Positions 9,119-18,376 of a stretch of 64,000 nucleotides of DNA are shown here, piece by piece; position 1 is the stretch's first letter, and each line of letters starts with the position of its first letter. The position numbers and the translations under genes are program-made. Where the stretch lies: contig OZ241986.1 of the NCBI GenBank assembly GCA_965204375.1, forward strand, positions 6,112,001-6,176,000, read 5' to 3'. The notes beneath the pieces were generated by a model, which was not told the origin of the DNA, did no database searches, and saw only the letters and a list, made by a program, of their open reading frames with translations. Source of the stretch: Candidatus Latescibacterota bacterium. GTDB lineage: Bacteria; Latescibacterota; UBA2968.

Positions 9119-10840
9119 ATGAATCTCAGTCCACTAACACTTCGCAGATTATGCGATGAATTGCGGCCTCAGATTGACCACCGTCTGATCCGCGATGTGT
9201 TCCTCGTTGGTCGGCACGATCTGTTTTTGCATCTGGGCGATGCCGGGCATCTCTTGCTTTCCGCACATCCGGGTCGAAGTTGTCTGATGCTGACCCAACC
9301 GCCCATCGAGGCCCAGCGCGTACGCATCCCCTGGGCAGATCGCTATTTGCGCGGTGCGGGTATTATTGGCATTGAACATGTTCCCCACGAACGCATTGTG
9401 CATCTCTTGGTTCGCAAGCGCGACCGCATTGGCACAACTACTGATTCCCGCATTATATGCGAATTGATCAACAGGTATGCCAATGTTGTTCTCGTCGATA
9501 TGGGAACGAACCGGATCCTGGGAGCGCTCAGGTCTGTTCGCGCGCGCCAGAACCGCGTGCGGGAAATATCCCCGGGAAAGTTCTATCAGCCGCCGCCAGC
9601 GCTTGACCGCATGCCGCCGGAAAGCGCGAAGCTCTCCTTTTTGGTCGATATTCCCGAAGATACGCGCGCAGACGCGCTTGTACAACATGTTGCGGGGCTT
9701 GATCTTTTATCTGCACGCGAATTGCTTCATATTGCCGGTTTTGGGGAAAAATGCCCGCTTTCCACCAGCGATATCGCAAATTTTACAGAGATGATTCGCA
9801 CGTTTTTTGCGAATCCGCCATTTTGTGACGGAGGCCTGCGGGTGCGCGAAGGGGATAATCGCAACGCGGTTTGTGCGCTTGATATTCGGCATACGCAGAT
9901 AGAACAAGCGTATCGTACGCTCAGCGACGCTATATCGGATGTTGTGGCGTGCGAAGTCGAGTCTGAGGCTCTTAAAGGGCGGCAAAAAAATATCGAGAAG
10001 GATCTGAAAAATCGCCTGACTGTCTGCGAGCGAAAAATTGGGCGTATCCGCGCAGATATCGACGATGCGGCCAATGCAGATCTGTATGAAAAGATGGGGA
10101 ATGTGCTGATGTGTCACATCGCGCAGGTTCCTCCGAATGTCGATACCATCACGCTACCCGATGTGTTTGATCCGTCTGGGGAAGATATGGTGATTCCTCT
10201 CAATCCGCGGCGCACGGCTTCGGAAAATGCCAGCGCGTACCTCAAGCGGGCGCAGAAAGCGAGAAAAGGCACCCCCATTCTCGCCAAACGTCTCGTGGGC
10301 GCGCAGAGGGAGAGGGATGAAATTCTGCATTATACAGATCGCCTCAATACTGTCCGTTCGGAAGCTGAGTTCGACGAGATACGGCGGGAACTGGAAGATG
10401 CGCGCCTGATCAAAGCTCCTAAAAAGAGGCCGCGAGTCAGGTCTAAACGCCAGAGTGGTGATATTCATCCCAGACGGTATCGCACACGGGATGGTTGGCG
10501 CGTGCTGGTGGGGCGAAATAATACGGAAAACGATAGGCTTACCAAAAGCTCGGGTCGCGACGATTTCTTTTTGCACGTTCACGGATGCCCGGGGTCCCAT
10601 GTGATTCTCAAACGCGATGGCAGAGCGGACCGGCCTTCTCAAAACACACTTAAAGAAGCGGCCAGTCTGGCGGCTTACTGGAGCAAAGCGCGGGGTGCCA
10701 AAAGCGTGCCGGTCAATTATACAGAGGTTCGCTATGTGCGAAAGCCGCGCGGGGCACCGCCGGGCCTGGTCACGATTCGGAACGAAAAAACTCTGATGGT
10801 TTCACCTCGTGAACTCAAGCGCGAGGATGAGTATTCGTAA
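9119..10840 (+). CDS. rqcH: NFACT family protein (RqcH/FbpA, ribosome quality control)
   Basis: NFACT-N region (ERIV, ELINRYANVVL), a coiled coil, and an NFACT-R domain (VGRNNTENDRLT, FLHVHGCPGSHVIL, AAYWSKAR, VRKPRGAPPGLV). Confidence 0.88.
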   Translation: MNLSPLTLRRLCDELRPQIDHRLIRDVFLVGRHDLFLHLGDAGHLLLSAHPGRSCLMLTQPPIEAQRVRIPWADRYLRGAGIIGIEHVPHERIVHLLVRKRDRIGTTTDSRIICELINRYANVVLVDMGTNRILGALRSVRARQNRVREISPGKFYQPPPALDRMPPESAKLSFLVDIPEDTRADALVQHVAGLDLLSARELLHIAGFGEKCPLSTSDIANFTEMIRTFFANPPFCDGGLRVREGDNRNAVCALDIRHTQIEQAYRTLSDAISDVVACEVESEALKGRQKNIEKDLKNRLTVCERKIGRIRADIDDAANADLYEKMGNVLMCHIAQVPPNVDTITLPDVFDPSGEDMVIPLNPRRTASENASAYLKRAQKARKGTPILAKRLVGAQRERDEILHYTDRLNTVRSEAEFDEIRRELEDARLIKAPKKRPRVRSKRQSGDIHPRRYRTRDGWRVLVGRNNTENDRLTKSSGRDDFFLHVHGCPGSHVILKRDGRADRPSQNTLKEAASLAAYWSKARGAKSVPVNYTEVRYVRKPRGAPPGLVTIRNEKTLMVSPRELKREDEYS

Positions 10841-10868
10841 ATTTTTACATCTTTTGAAGGGAGATATT

Positions 10869-11600
10869 GTGGCGCGAAAGAGGGTGTTGATTACAGGTGC
10901 AGCAGGGCGAATTGGCGTGGTTCTCACAGATGGTTTGTACGAGCGGTATCAGTTGAGAGTGCTTTACAACCGCACAATTTTAGATCAGAAGTACGACGAG
11001 GAAGTGATGGTGGGAAATATCACGGATCTGGAGAAGATGGAAGAGGCTGTGGATGGAATGGATGCGGTGGTTCACATGGCGGGCAATCCGTCGGGTGGGG
11101 CGACGTTTGAAGAAACCGTGGAGGCAAATATTATCGGTACCTATAATATTTACGAGGCGTGCAAGCGCAAGGGGGTGAAGCGGGTGATTTTTGCCAGTAC
11201 AAATCACGTTACTGGCATGTACGAGAAGAAGGGCCCGATTTATACGACCTGGGAAATGCCCGTGCGTCCCGATAGTTATTACGGCGCGAGCAAAGCGTAT
11301 GGCGAAGCGTTGGGACGGTATTACGTCGATGCGTATGGCCTGTCTGTGATTTGCCATCGCATTGGGTCTTTTCAGCCCGTTTCTTCTGTTCAGAATCGAG
11401 GCAGTGACCGCATTTTGTCGTCCTGGTTGAGTTATAAAGATACGGTGCAACTGACCTGGCGGAGTATTGAGGCTCCGGAGAAAATTGATTTTGCGATTTA
11501 TTACGGCATTTCGGGTAATACGCGAGCGTATTGGGATATTCAGAATGCGCGCGAAGAGATCGGGTATAATCCCGTGGATAATGCTGAAGATTATGTTTAG
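10869..11600 (+). CDS. NAD-dependent epimerase/dehydrogenase (uronate dehydrogenase-like SDR)
   Basis: ITGAAGRIG, FASTNH and YGASK motifs. GTG start after a GAAGGGAG RBS. Confidence 0.85.
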   Translation: MARKRVLITGAAGRIGVVLTDGLYERYQLRVLYNRTILDQKYDEEVMVGNITDLEKMEEAVDGMDAVVHMAGNPSGGATFEETVEANIIGTYNIYEACKRKGVKRVIFASTNHVTGMYEKKGPIYTTWEMPVRPDSYYGASKAYGEALGRYYVDAYGLSVICHRIGSFQPVSSVQNRGSDRILSSWLSYKDTVQLTWRSIEAPEKIDFAIYYGISGNTRAYWDIQNAREEIGYNPVDNAEDYV

Positions 11601-11611
11601 TGGGGAATGCG

Positions 11612-11652
11612 AAAAACCGCCGATTGCTGAGACGCAATCGGCGGTTTTTTTT
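11612..11652. terminator. Bidirectional intrinsic terminator
   Basis: AAAAACCGCCGATTGC-6 nt-GCAATCGGCGGTTTTTTTT. Confidence 0.9.
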
Positions 11653-12532
11653 ATGCGAGGTCGTGCATGCGTTTGGCAGATGTTATGGTGTTGTACAGGA
11701 GCATGGTGATGGTCATGGGACCAACGCCGCCCGGGACGGGTGTGATGGCGCGCGCTTTTTTTCTGATGGCTGTGTAATCGACATCGCCAACGAGGCGATA
11801 ACCTGTTTTTTTAGATTTGTCGGGTACGCGGTTGACGCCGATGTCGATGACGACTGCGCCGTCTTGCACCATATCGGCAGTAATGGTGTTGGGATGTCCT
11901 GTCACCACGATGAGGATATCCGCCTGACGGGTGAAGTGCCCGAGGTCGCGCGTGCCAGTATGGCATAAGGTGACGGTGGCATTTGTGGTTTTTTGCGAGA
12001 GGATATTGGCGAGGGGACGGCCCACTAGGGTGCTGCGCCCCACGATGACGACGTGTTTGCCCGCGACTTCGAAGTTGCCGCGTTTGAGGATTTGTTGTAC
12101 GCCGTGAGGTGTGCAGGGTAAAAAGCTTTCTTCGCCGCGCATGAGACGCCCCAGGTTGACCGGATGGAGACCATCTACATCTTTGTCGGGTGAGATGCTG
12201 TTGAGGGCGGTTTGTTCGTCAAAGCCTTCGGGTAGGGGAAGTTGAACGAGGATGCCGTGAATGGTGGGGTCGTCGTTGAGTTGTTCAATGGTGTCGAGAA
12301 GGTCGGATTCGGGCTGGTCGGCTGTCAGGATGTGTTCAATAGAATATATGCCGATGTCTGCACAGGCTTTGCGTTTGCCTTTGATGTAGGATATGGATGC
12401 CGGATCGTCGCCGACGAGTACGACCGCGAGGCCGGGGGTGCGGTTGTGCTCCGCTTTGAGGTTCTTGACTTCTTCGGCCATTTCAGCACGCATGGTTTTG
12501 GACAGGTCTATGCCGTTTATGATTTTTGCCAT
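11651..12532 (-). CDS. folD: Methylenetetrahydrofolate dehydrogenase/cyclohydrolase
   Basis: YIKGK, GILVQLPLP, KDVDG, PCTP and TPVPGGVGPMT motifs. Confidence 0.97.
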   Translation of the reverse strand: MAKIINGIDLSKTMRAEMAEEVKNLKAEHNRTPGLAVVLVGDDPASISYIKGKRKACADIGIYSIEHILTADQPESDLLDTIEQLNDDPTIHGILVQLPLPEGFDEQTALNSISPDKDVDGLHPVNLGRLMRGEESFLPCTPHGVQQILKRGNFEVAGKHVVIVGRSTLVGRPLANILSQKTTNATVTLCHTGTRDLGHFTRQADILIVVTGHPNTITADMVQDGAVVIDIGVNRVPDKSKKTGYRLVGDVDYTAIRKKARAITPVPGGVGPMTITMLLYNTITSAKRMHDLA

Positions 12533-12557
12533 GGTCGCTTTCTCCCATGTGAATGCC

Positions 12558-12670
12558 CAAAATAAAAATACGCCCGGGCGATGTGATTGTTTTTAGCCCA
12601 GGCGGTCGGCATGTGATATGGTCCAGTGCTTCCTCGTGGTTATTTCCACTTTTCCGCCAGTTACACTGGA
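12558..12670 (-). promoter_or_regulatory. ZMP/ZTP (pfl) riboswitch with terminator expression platform, upstream of folD
   Basis: Minus strand reads UCCAGUG-UAACUGGCG-GAAAA-GUGG(AAAUAA)CCAC-GAGGAAG-CACUGGA, linker, GCCGACCGCCUGGGC, then CGCCCGGGCG-UAUUUUUAUUUU. This fits the ZTP consensus (P1, CUGGCG/CGCC pseudoknot, P3), and folD is a known target. Confidence 0.92.
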
Positions 12671-12738
12671 ATTTCTGTAAATTTAAGGGATTTGGGCAGA
12701 TAATCCAAATTTTTTTTGGGGTTACCAGCCCGTATTTT

Positions 12739-14148
12739 TTAAAGGGAAATTGGGTGCTCGAAGTCTCTTTCCATTGTTTCGGGGAGTTGATAGGCGTTGC
12801 CTTTTTTGTCGCAGAAGTAAAGGCAGGATTTGGATGCATGTCGCGCATTGCCATCGGCCCACAGGGCGTAGAAGTCGGGATGGGCATTGACTGGGCTTCG
12901 GGCATAGGTGTGGTTGCGGGTGCTGTTTTGCGTGAGTTGTACGATGCGCTTCCACGTTTGTTCACCGCGTTCCCACATCGCCATTTCCCCGCCGGGATTG
13001 TAGGGTTGTGGTCCGGTTTCGGTGGGGGCGATGACGCGCCAGGTGCCGTCGGTTTCGAGGTAGAGGGAGCCCATGTCGTAGTTGCTGTCGGATGTGGTGA
13101 TGGGGTGGGCGTGCCATTCACTTCCCGTCCATTGCAATAGGGTCCAGGTGCGCGGGTCATTTTCCGGTCCCGATTCATAACCTTTGCTGGTGATGACGAG
13201 GATGACGGGATTTCCCTGTGGGTCGAGGCGAATGTCTTTGAGATAGACTTTTAGTCCTTCGGCTTCGTAATCGCGCACGAGGGCGTTGTTGTGTGGGGTT
13301 GTAAGCGGAATTTCAATGGGTTCCCCGGCTGCATTTTGCCAGGTTTGTCCAAAGTCGGGGGTTTCGAGGTAGTAGAGGTTGGTGCGCCAGTTGAGGCCGT
13401 GAGGTGCGGGGTGGTAGTTAAAGGCTGTGACGGCTTTGCGGTTGGAACATATACTGATTTGATAATGTCCTTTTTCAATGGCGGCCAGGCGCGTCCATTC
13501 AGACCATTTGACGCCGTTGGGGCTGGTCATGAAGAAGAGGGTGCGGTCGGCCGGGTCTTTGTAGCGGGTGACAAAGTTGATGAAGCCGCGGTCTGGTAAG
13601 TGCCAGGCTTGCATGTAGGAGAAGTTGTCCATGGGGCGTTCTTCACCATTGAGGCGATAGGTCGCGTCAATTTGTTCAAATTCATCGATGTCGTAGGGTT
13701 TTGCGCTTCGGTGGATATACGAGGGGCGCGATAAGCCGTGTGCGGTTGAGAAGATCCAGATATAGCCGTTGTCGTCTATGGATATGACGGGATTGTCGTG
13801 GGCATCGGCTGTGTTTTTGTCGAGGAGGATGGTCGGCCGGGGTACTTGTCGAGTTTTGTGGTCGAAGTAGGAGATCATGTGCAGGAGAAAACCGCTGCGA
13901 TTGCGTGCGAAAGCGCGGTCGCCATTGAGGTCTTGTTCGGTGTGTTTGAGATGTGCATCAACAGGTGTGCCGCCGTAACAGAAGAAGGTTTTTTCGACTT
14001 CGGGACGGTACACGGCAAAGGGACGGTGTTTGGCACAGTACGTGCCCAATCCACCGCTGTATTTGTACACGTATTCATCGCCCGATGGCTGATTGTAATA
14101 CCATATCCCGCGATAGCCCGTGTCTTTTTGGTTTAAGGTGAGGGTCAT
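12739..14148 (-). CDS. BNR-4 repeat (Asp-box, sialidase-like beta-propeller) protein
   Basis: DAHDNPVISID, TSPNGVKWS and ETPDFGQTW Asp-box-like motifs. Confidence 0.75.
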   Translation of the reverse strand: MTLTLNQKDTGYRGIWYYNQPSGDEYVYKYSGGLGTYCAKHRPFAVYRPEVEKTFFCYGGTPVDAHLKHTEQDLNGDRAFARNRSGFLLHMISYFDHKTRQVPRPTILLDKNTADAHDNPVISIDDNGYIWIFSTAHGLSRPSYIHRSAKPYDIDEFEQIDATYRLNGEERPMDNFSYMQAWHLPDRGFINFVTRYKDPADRTLFFMTSPNGVKWSEWTRLAAIEKGHYQISICSNRKAVTAFNYHPAPHGLNWRTNLYYLETPDFGQTWQNAAGEPIEIPLTTPHNNALVRDYEAEGLKVYLKDIRLDPQGNPVILVITSKGYESGPENDPRTWTLLQWTGSEWHAHPITTSDSNYDMGSLYLETDGTWRVIAPTETGPQPYNPGGEMAMWERGEQTWKRIVQLTQNSTRNHTYARSPVNAHPDFYALWADGNARHASKSCLYFCDKKGNAYQLPETMERDFEHPISL

Positions 14149-14295
14149 GTTTTCTCCTGTGGATGAAATTTGAAGATGCTAAAAGAAATGGAAAAAGGAA
14201 ATTCGCGTCAAGTTTCTTGACAAAGTTTGGTTTCATGAGTTCATTCACACAGTGAAATGTAGCGTGCAAAACCCAGTTCCTTAGAAAGGATTATT

Positions 14296-15048
14296 ATGTC
14301 GAATCCCACGATTGATGTGCTGATGTCGCACAGGAGTATTCGGAGGTTTGAAGATCGAGCGTTGCCCGATGGGGTGTTGGAGACGCTGATTCGGTGCGGG
14401 CAGCAGGCGAGTACGTCGAGCAATTTGCAGGCTTATACGGTGATTCATGTGGCTGATCCCGAACGGAAGAAGAAGTTGGCCGAGTTGTGTGCCGATCAGG
14501 TGCAGATTCATCAGAGTGCGGCTTTTTTGGCTTTTTGTGCGGATTTGCACCGGGATCGGATGGCGAATCAGATGCACGGGGTTGAGCGGTTTGATGGGGA
14601 TTATGTCGAGGCGTTGATGATTGCGACGGTGGATGTCGCGCTGATGATGCAGAATGTGGCTATTGCGGCGGAGTCCATGGGTTTGGGCATTTGTATGATT
14701 GGGGCAATGCGAAATAATCCAAAGGCCGTGGGTGAATTGCTCGGTTTGCCGCCTTATGTTGCGGCTGTGTCGGGTTTTTGTATTGGGTATCCGGCGCAGG
14801 AGCCAGAGGTGAAACCGCGTTTGCCCGTCGATGCGGTGTTGCATCGGGAGCGTTATCTGGACGATGAGACGCATTGCGCGATTATGAAGGATTACGATCA
14901 GAAGATGGTGGAATTTTATGCGTCACAGGGGATGCACGAAGGAGACCAACGCTGGACGACGGTGGTGGGTGGGCGCACCGGGCAATTCCATGTGCGTGAG
15001 GAATTGGACGAGTTTCTGACAGCGCAGGGGTTTAAGTTGAGGAGGTGA
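14296..15048 (+). CDS. NADPH-dependent nitroreductase (NfsA/NfrA family)
   Basis: HRSIRRF, ASTSSNLQ, AAESMGLGICMIG and KPRLP motifs. Confidence 0.92.
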   Translation: MSNPTIDVLMSHRSIRRFEDRALPDGVLETLIRCGQQASTSSNLQAYTVIHVADPERKKKLAELCADQVQIHQSAAFLAFCADLHRDRMANQMHGVERFDGDYVEALMIATVDVALMMQNVAIAAESMGLGICMIGAMRNNPKAVGELLGLPPYVAAVSGFCIGYPAQEPEVKPRLPVDAVLHRERYLDDETHCAIMKDYDQKMVEFYASQGMHEGDQRWTTVVGGRTGQFHVREELDEFLTAQGFKLRR

Positions 15049-15220
15049 GGGATGGGGCTGTTTGTATTTTCTTTGCTGATTCCCTTATATTAGTGTATAA
15101 ATTCTACAACTCGAATGTTGTTCTCCACAATTTCGTAAAAAATAGAGCATATATTTTGCCAGTAATAATTACTGGCATAGAAGTTTCAGTATCATTTTTC
15201 AAAACTGGAGATAGCAATTG

Positions 15221-18200
15221 ATGAATGAGTCGCTGAAGAAATTTCAGGATCTCTTGCGCGAGTTGTTCCAGTTCGATTGCTCTGATCTGGACTTTGGCAT
15301 CTACCGCATTATGAATCACAAACGGGATGTAATTGAGCAGTTTATTGCGGAGGATTTGCCGAATGCCATAGCGGACGAACTGGATAGCGGTGCGTTGGTC
15401 GAACAGTCGCTTGCTACGGAAGAATTGAAGGAAGTTGCCGATCAGATCAGGAATGATTTGGACAAGGATGCCATTGATGCCGATGGCAACCTCGTTATGT
15501 TTCAGGAGTCCGAGATTGGCAGGAGGTACCTGAACCTCCAGTCCAGGGCCGCTGGTAGTCGTGGTCGCGACGCTCTCGAAGTTGCGATTTTTAATCATCT
15601 ATACGCATTCTTTAGCCGCTATTATCAAGAAGGCGATTTCATCTCTAAGCGGCGCTACTCTAAGAATCAGCGGTACGCCATTCCCTATAATGGTGAAGAA
15701 GTTTATCTATACTGGGCTAACAGCGATCAGTACTACGTCAAGACCGCTGAGTACTTCCACGATTATACATACGAAGCACCCAATGGCATAACAGTGCATT
15801 TCAAGGTGCAAGCCGCAAATGTCGAGCAGGACAATGTGAAGGGCGACAAGCGGTTTTTCTTGCCGTGCATTGAGGCGATTACCTATGACCAGAAGGCCAA
15901 CCGGCTTGAAATTCCCTTTGAGTACCGGCCCTTGACTACACAAGAGGAAATCACCTACGGCAAGAGGAATCAGCAGGAAACGATTCTCACCCAGGCCCTG
16001 ACGGAGATTCCCGAGAAAATAAAAAAAATGCAAGAACCATTGGCTGCACTGAGGGCTGAAAAATCTCAGAATAGTGATGGCGAGCCAATCACCCTCCTCG
16101 AACACCACCTGCGTCAGTACACCCGACGCAACACATCTGACTACTTTATTCACAAAGACTTGAAAGGCTTTCTCTCTCGCGAGTTGGACTTCTATCTGAA
16201 GAACGAGGTGCTGAGTCTGGGCGAAATGGAAGCCGCTGGCGAGGATCGCGCCGAGGGCTGGTTTCAAATGATGCGAGTCATCAAGTCCGTCGGCGGTCAG
16301 ATCATAGACTTCCTCAACCAGATTGAAAATTTCCAGAAGATGCTTTGGGAAAAGCGTAAGTTTGTCACTGAGACGCAGTATTGCATTACCATTGGCAACA
16401 TTGACGAGGATTTTCACGAAGATATTGCTGGCTGCGAGGCTCAGTGGGATGAGTGGAAAGAGCTATTTGGCATTGACGAAGATCAAACCGATCTGTTCAC
16501 CTCAGGCAAGGACAAGATAGGTAAGCGCGTCGAGTTCTTAAAGGCGCGTCCGACGCTCGTGCTCGATACCGTACATTTTGAACGCAACTTCATTGACAGG
16601 TTGCTTGCCAGTTTTGACGATTTAGACGAGATGATAGATGGGACATTGATACATAGCGAGAATTGGCAGGCTTTGAATCTTTTACAAGAAAGCTACCAAG
16701 AGCAGGTAAAGTGTATCTGCATCGACCCGCCATACAACACTGGTAGCGACGACTTTCTTTATAAGGATAAATATAAAGATTCTAGCTGGATGTGTCAGCA
16801 GCACCAGACACTTTCCATTTCGGAAGCTCTTCTTAAGGATACCGGCTCCGTGTTCACCTTTTGCGACGAAAACGAAATGCACAGCTATGCTCCACTATTG
16901 CGAGAGGTCTATGGAGCATCGAACCTCGTCGAGACAATTATCTGGAATAAACGGGTACCAAAGAACGATAAAGGGATCGGCAATATTCACGACTTTATTT
17001 TTTTAATTTGTCGTGATTTTCTGAAACGGAGATCACTGAATCAGTCCTACAACATGCGAAAGGACGGGCTTGAGGATATCTATGAACTTGTTGATCGCTG
17101 CAAATTACAGGACAGGTCGTTAGAAGATACTCAGAAGGAGTTAAAGAAATTCTATGATAGACAAGGCTATGATCGGGGCATTACGCTCTATTGCGAACTG
17201 GATCTTACTTTCAAAATCTGGGGGAAGATAAACATGTCTTGGCCAAGTCCCAAGACAGAGGGTCCACGATACGAGGTGATCAATCCTGTGACAGATAAGC
17301 CTGTACCGATTCCGAAGAAAGGCTGGCGCTGGACGGAAGAGACATATCGCGATGCTGAAAAGCAGGGACCGACTTATAATCTACCAGACGGTAGCATGAT
17401 GAAGGGGCGCATATGGTACGCGGCTACGGAGACCACACAGCCGAGTTCGATTACATATCTCGAAGAAGTGGAGACATTTCTGTTGCGGTCGATTCTAAGC
17501 GTCAAGAGTGATGGTAGTTTGGCACTCGAAAACATGGGACTCGGCGGGATGATTGATTATCCAAAGCCAGCATCTCTAATTGAGCGCCTACTATTTGCCA
17601 TTGGAGACACACACGGTGTAGTGCTTGATTACTTCGCTGGCTCTGGTACGACCGGCCACGCCGTCATCAATCTTAACCGCGAGGATGGTGGGCAACGCAA
17701 GTTTATTCTCGTCGAAATGGGCGAATATTTCGACACCGTTCTGTTACCTCGCATCAAGAAAGTCACTTTCACACCCGAATGGAAAGAAGGCAAGCCCAAG
17801 TGCATGGCAACGCCGGAAGAAGCAGAGCGCAGTCCGCGTATAGTCAAGTATATGCGTCTGGAATCCTACGAAGACGCACTGAACAATATCGCGTTCGGTG
17901 AGGCGTCCAATCAGATGGCCTTGGAGTTCGACGACTACCTGCTCAAGTACATGATAAAATGGGAAACGCGGGCAAGTGAAACGCTGTTGAATGTAGAGAA
18001 ACTATCCCGTCCATTTTGCTACAAGATGCATATTCGCGCCGATGGCCAGACCTACGAAAAGGTGGCGGATATTCCTGAGACCTTCAACTATCTGATGGGT
18101 TTGCACATTGAAACAAGGCGAGTGTACGATGACGATGGACGGTACTATCTGGTCTATCGCGGGCAGACGCGAGAAGGACGAAGGATGGCGGTTATCTGGC

Positions 18201-18376
18201 GTGAGACCGAGGGCTGGCAGAAGTCAGACTTTGAGCGGGACAAGGACTTCGTGGCCGAGCAGAAGTTTAGCGATGGTGTGGATGAGATTTTTGTCAACGG
18301 CGATTCGTTCATCCGAGAAGCGAAGGCCCTGGAACCCATGTTCAAAGCACGGATGTTTGCTGAGGCGGGGGTATAA
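15221..18376 (+). CDS. mod: Type III R-M modification (Mod) subunit, amino-methyltransferase, long form
   Basis: LDFGIYRIMN at the N-terminus; IDPPYNTG (motif IV), a TRD, then DYFAGSGTTG (motif I), in beta-class order. A res gene lies downstream. Confidence 0.9.
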   Translation: MNESLKKFQDLLRELFQFDCSDLDFGIYRIMNHKRDVIEQFIAEDLPNAIADELDSGALVEQSLATEELKEVADQIRNDLDKDAIDADGNLVMFQESEIGRRYLNLQSRAAGSRGRDALEVAIFNHLYAFFSRYYQEGDFISKRRYSKNQRYAIPYNGEEVYLYWANSDQYYVKTAEYFHDYTYEAPNGITVHFKVQAANVEQDNVKGDKRFFLPCIEAITYDQKANRLEIPFEYRPLTTQEEITYGKRNQQETILTQALTEIPEKIKKMQEPLAALRAEKSQNSDGEPITLLEHHLRQYTRRNTSDYFIHKDLKGFLSRELDFYLKNEVLSLGEMEAAGEDRAEGWFQMMRVIKSVGGQIIDFLNQIENFQKMLWEKRKFVTETQYCITIGNIDEDFHEDIAGCEAQWDEWKELFGIDEDQTDLFTSGKDKIGKRVEFLKARPTLVLDTVHFERNFIDRLLASFDDLDEMIDGTLIHSENWQALNLLQESYQEQVKCICIDPPYNTGSDDFLYKDKYKDSSWMCQQHQTLSISEALLKDTGSVFTFCDENEMHSYAPLLREVYGASNLVETIIWNKRVPKNDKGIGNIHDFIFLICRDFLKRRSLNQSYNMRKDGLEDIYELVDRCKLQDRSLEDTQKELKKFYDRQGYDRGITLYCELDLTFKIWGKINMSWPSPKTEGPRYEVINPVTDKPVPIPKKGWRWTEETYRDAEKQGPTYNLPDGSMMKGRIWYAATETTQPSSITYLEEVETFLLRSILSVKSDGSLALENMGLGGMIDYPKPASLIERLLFAIGDTHGVVLDYFAGSGTTGHAVINLNREDGGQRKFILVEMGEYFDTVLLPRIKKVTFTPEWKEGKPKCMATPEEAERSPRIVKYMRLESYEDALNNIAFGEASNQMALEFDDYLLKYMIKWETRASETLLNVEKLSRPFCYKMHIRADGQTYEKVADIPETFNYLMGLHIETRRVYDDDGRYYLVYRGQTREGRRMAVIWRETEGWQKSDFERDKDFVAEQKFSDGVDEIFVNGDSFIREAKALEPMFKARMFAEAGV

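Noticed and set aside
11600-11968. 122-aa plus-strand ORF, and the many similar antisense or alternate-frame ORFs in the track
   Set aside because: It is a shadow of folD and crosses a terminator. Such ORFs lie over well-supported genes and show no motifs.
12483-13178. 231-aa and 195-aa ORFs across the folD leader
   Set aside because: They overlap the ZTP riboswitch and the BNR gene; low-complexity translations.
16016-16028. Poly-A run in mod as a phase-variation tract
   Set aside because: Only A8 within Lys codons, and the frame is intact; too weak without read-level evidence.
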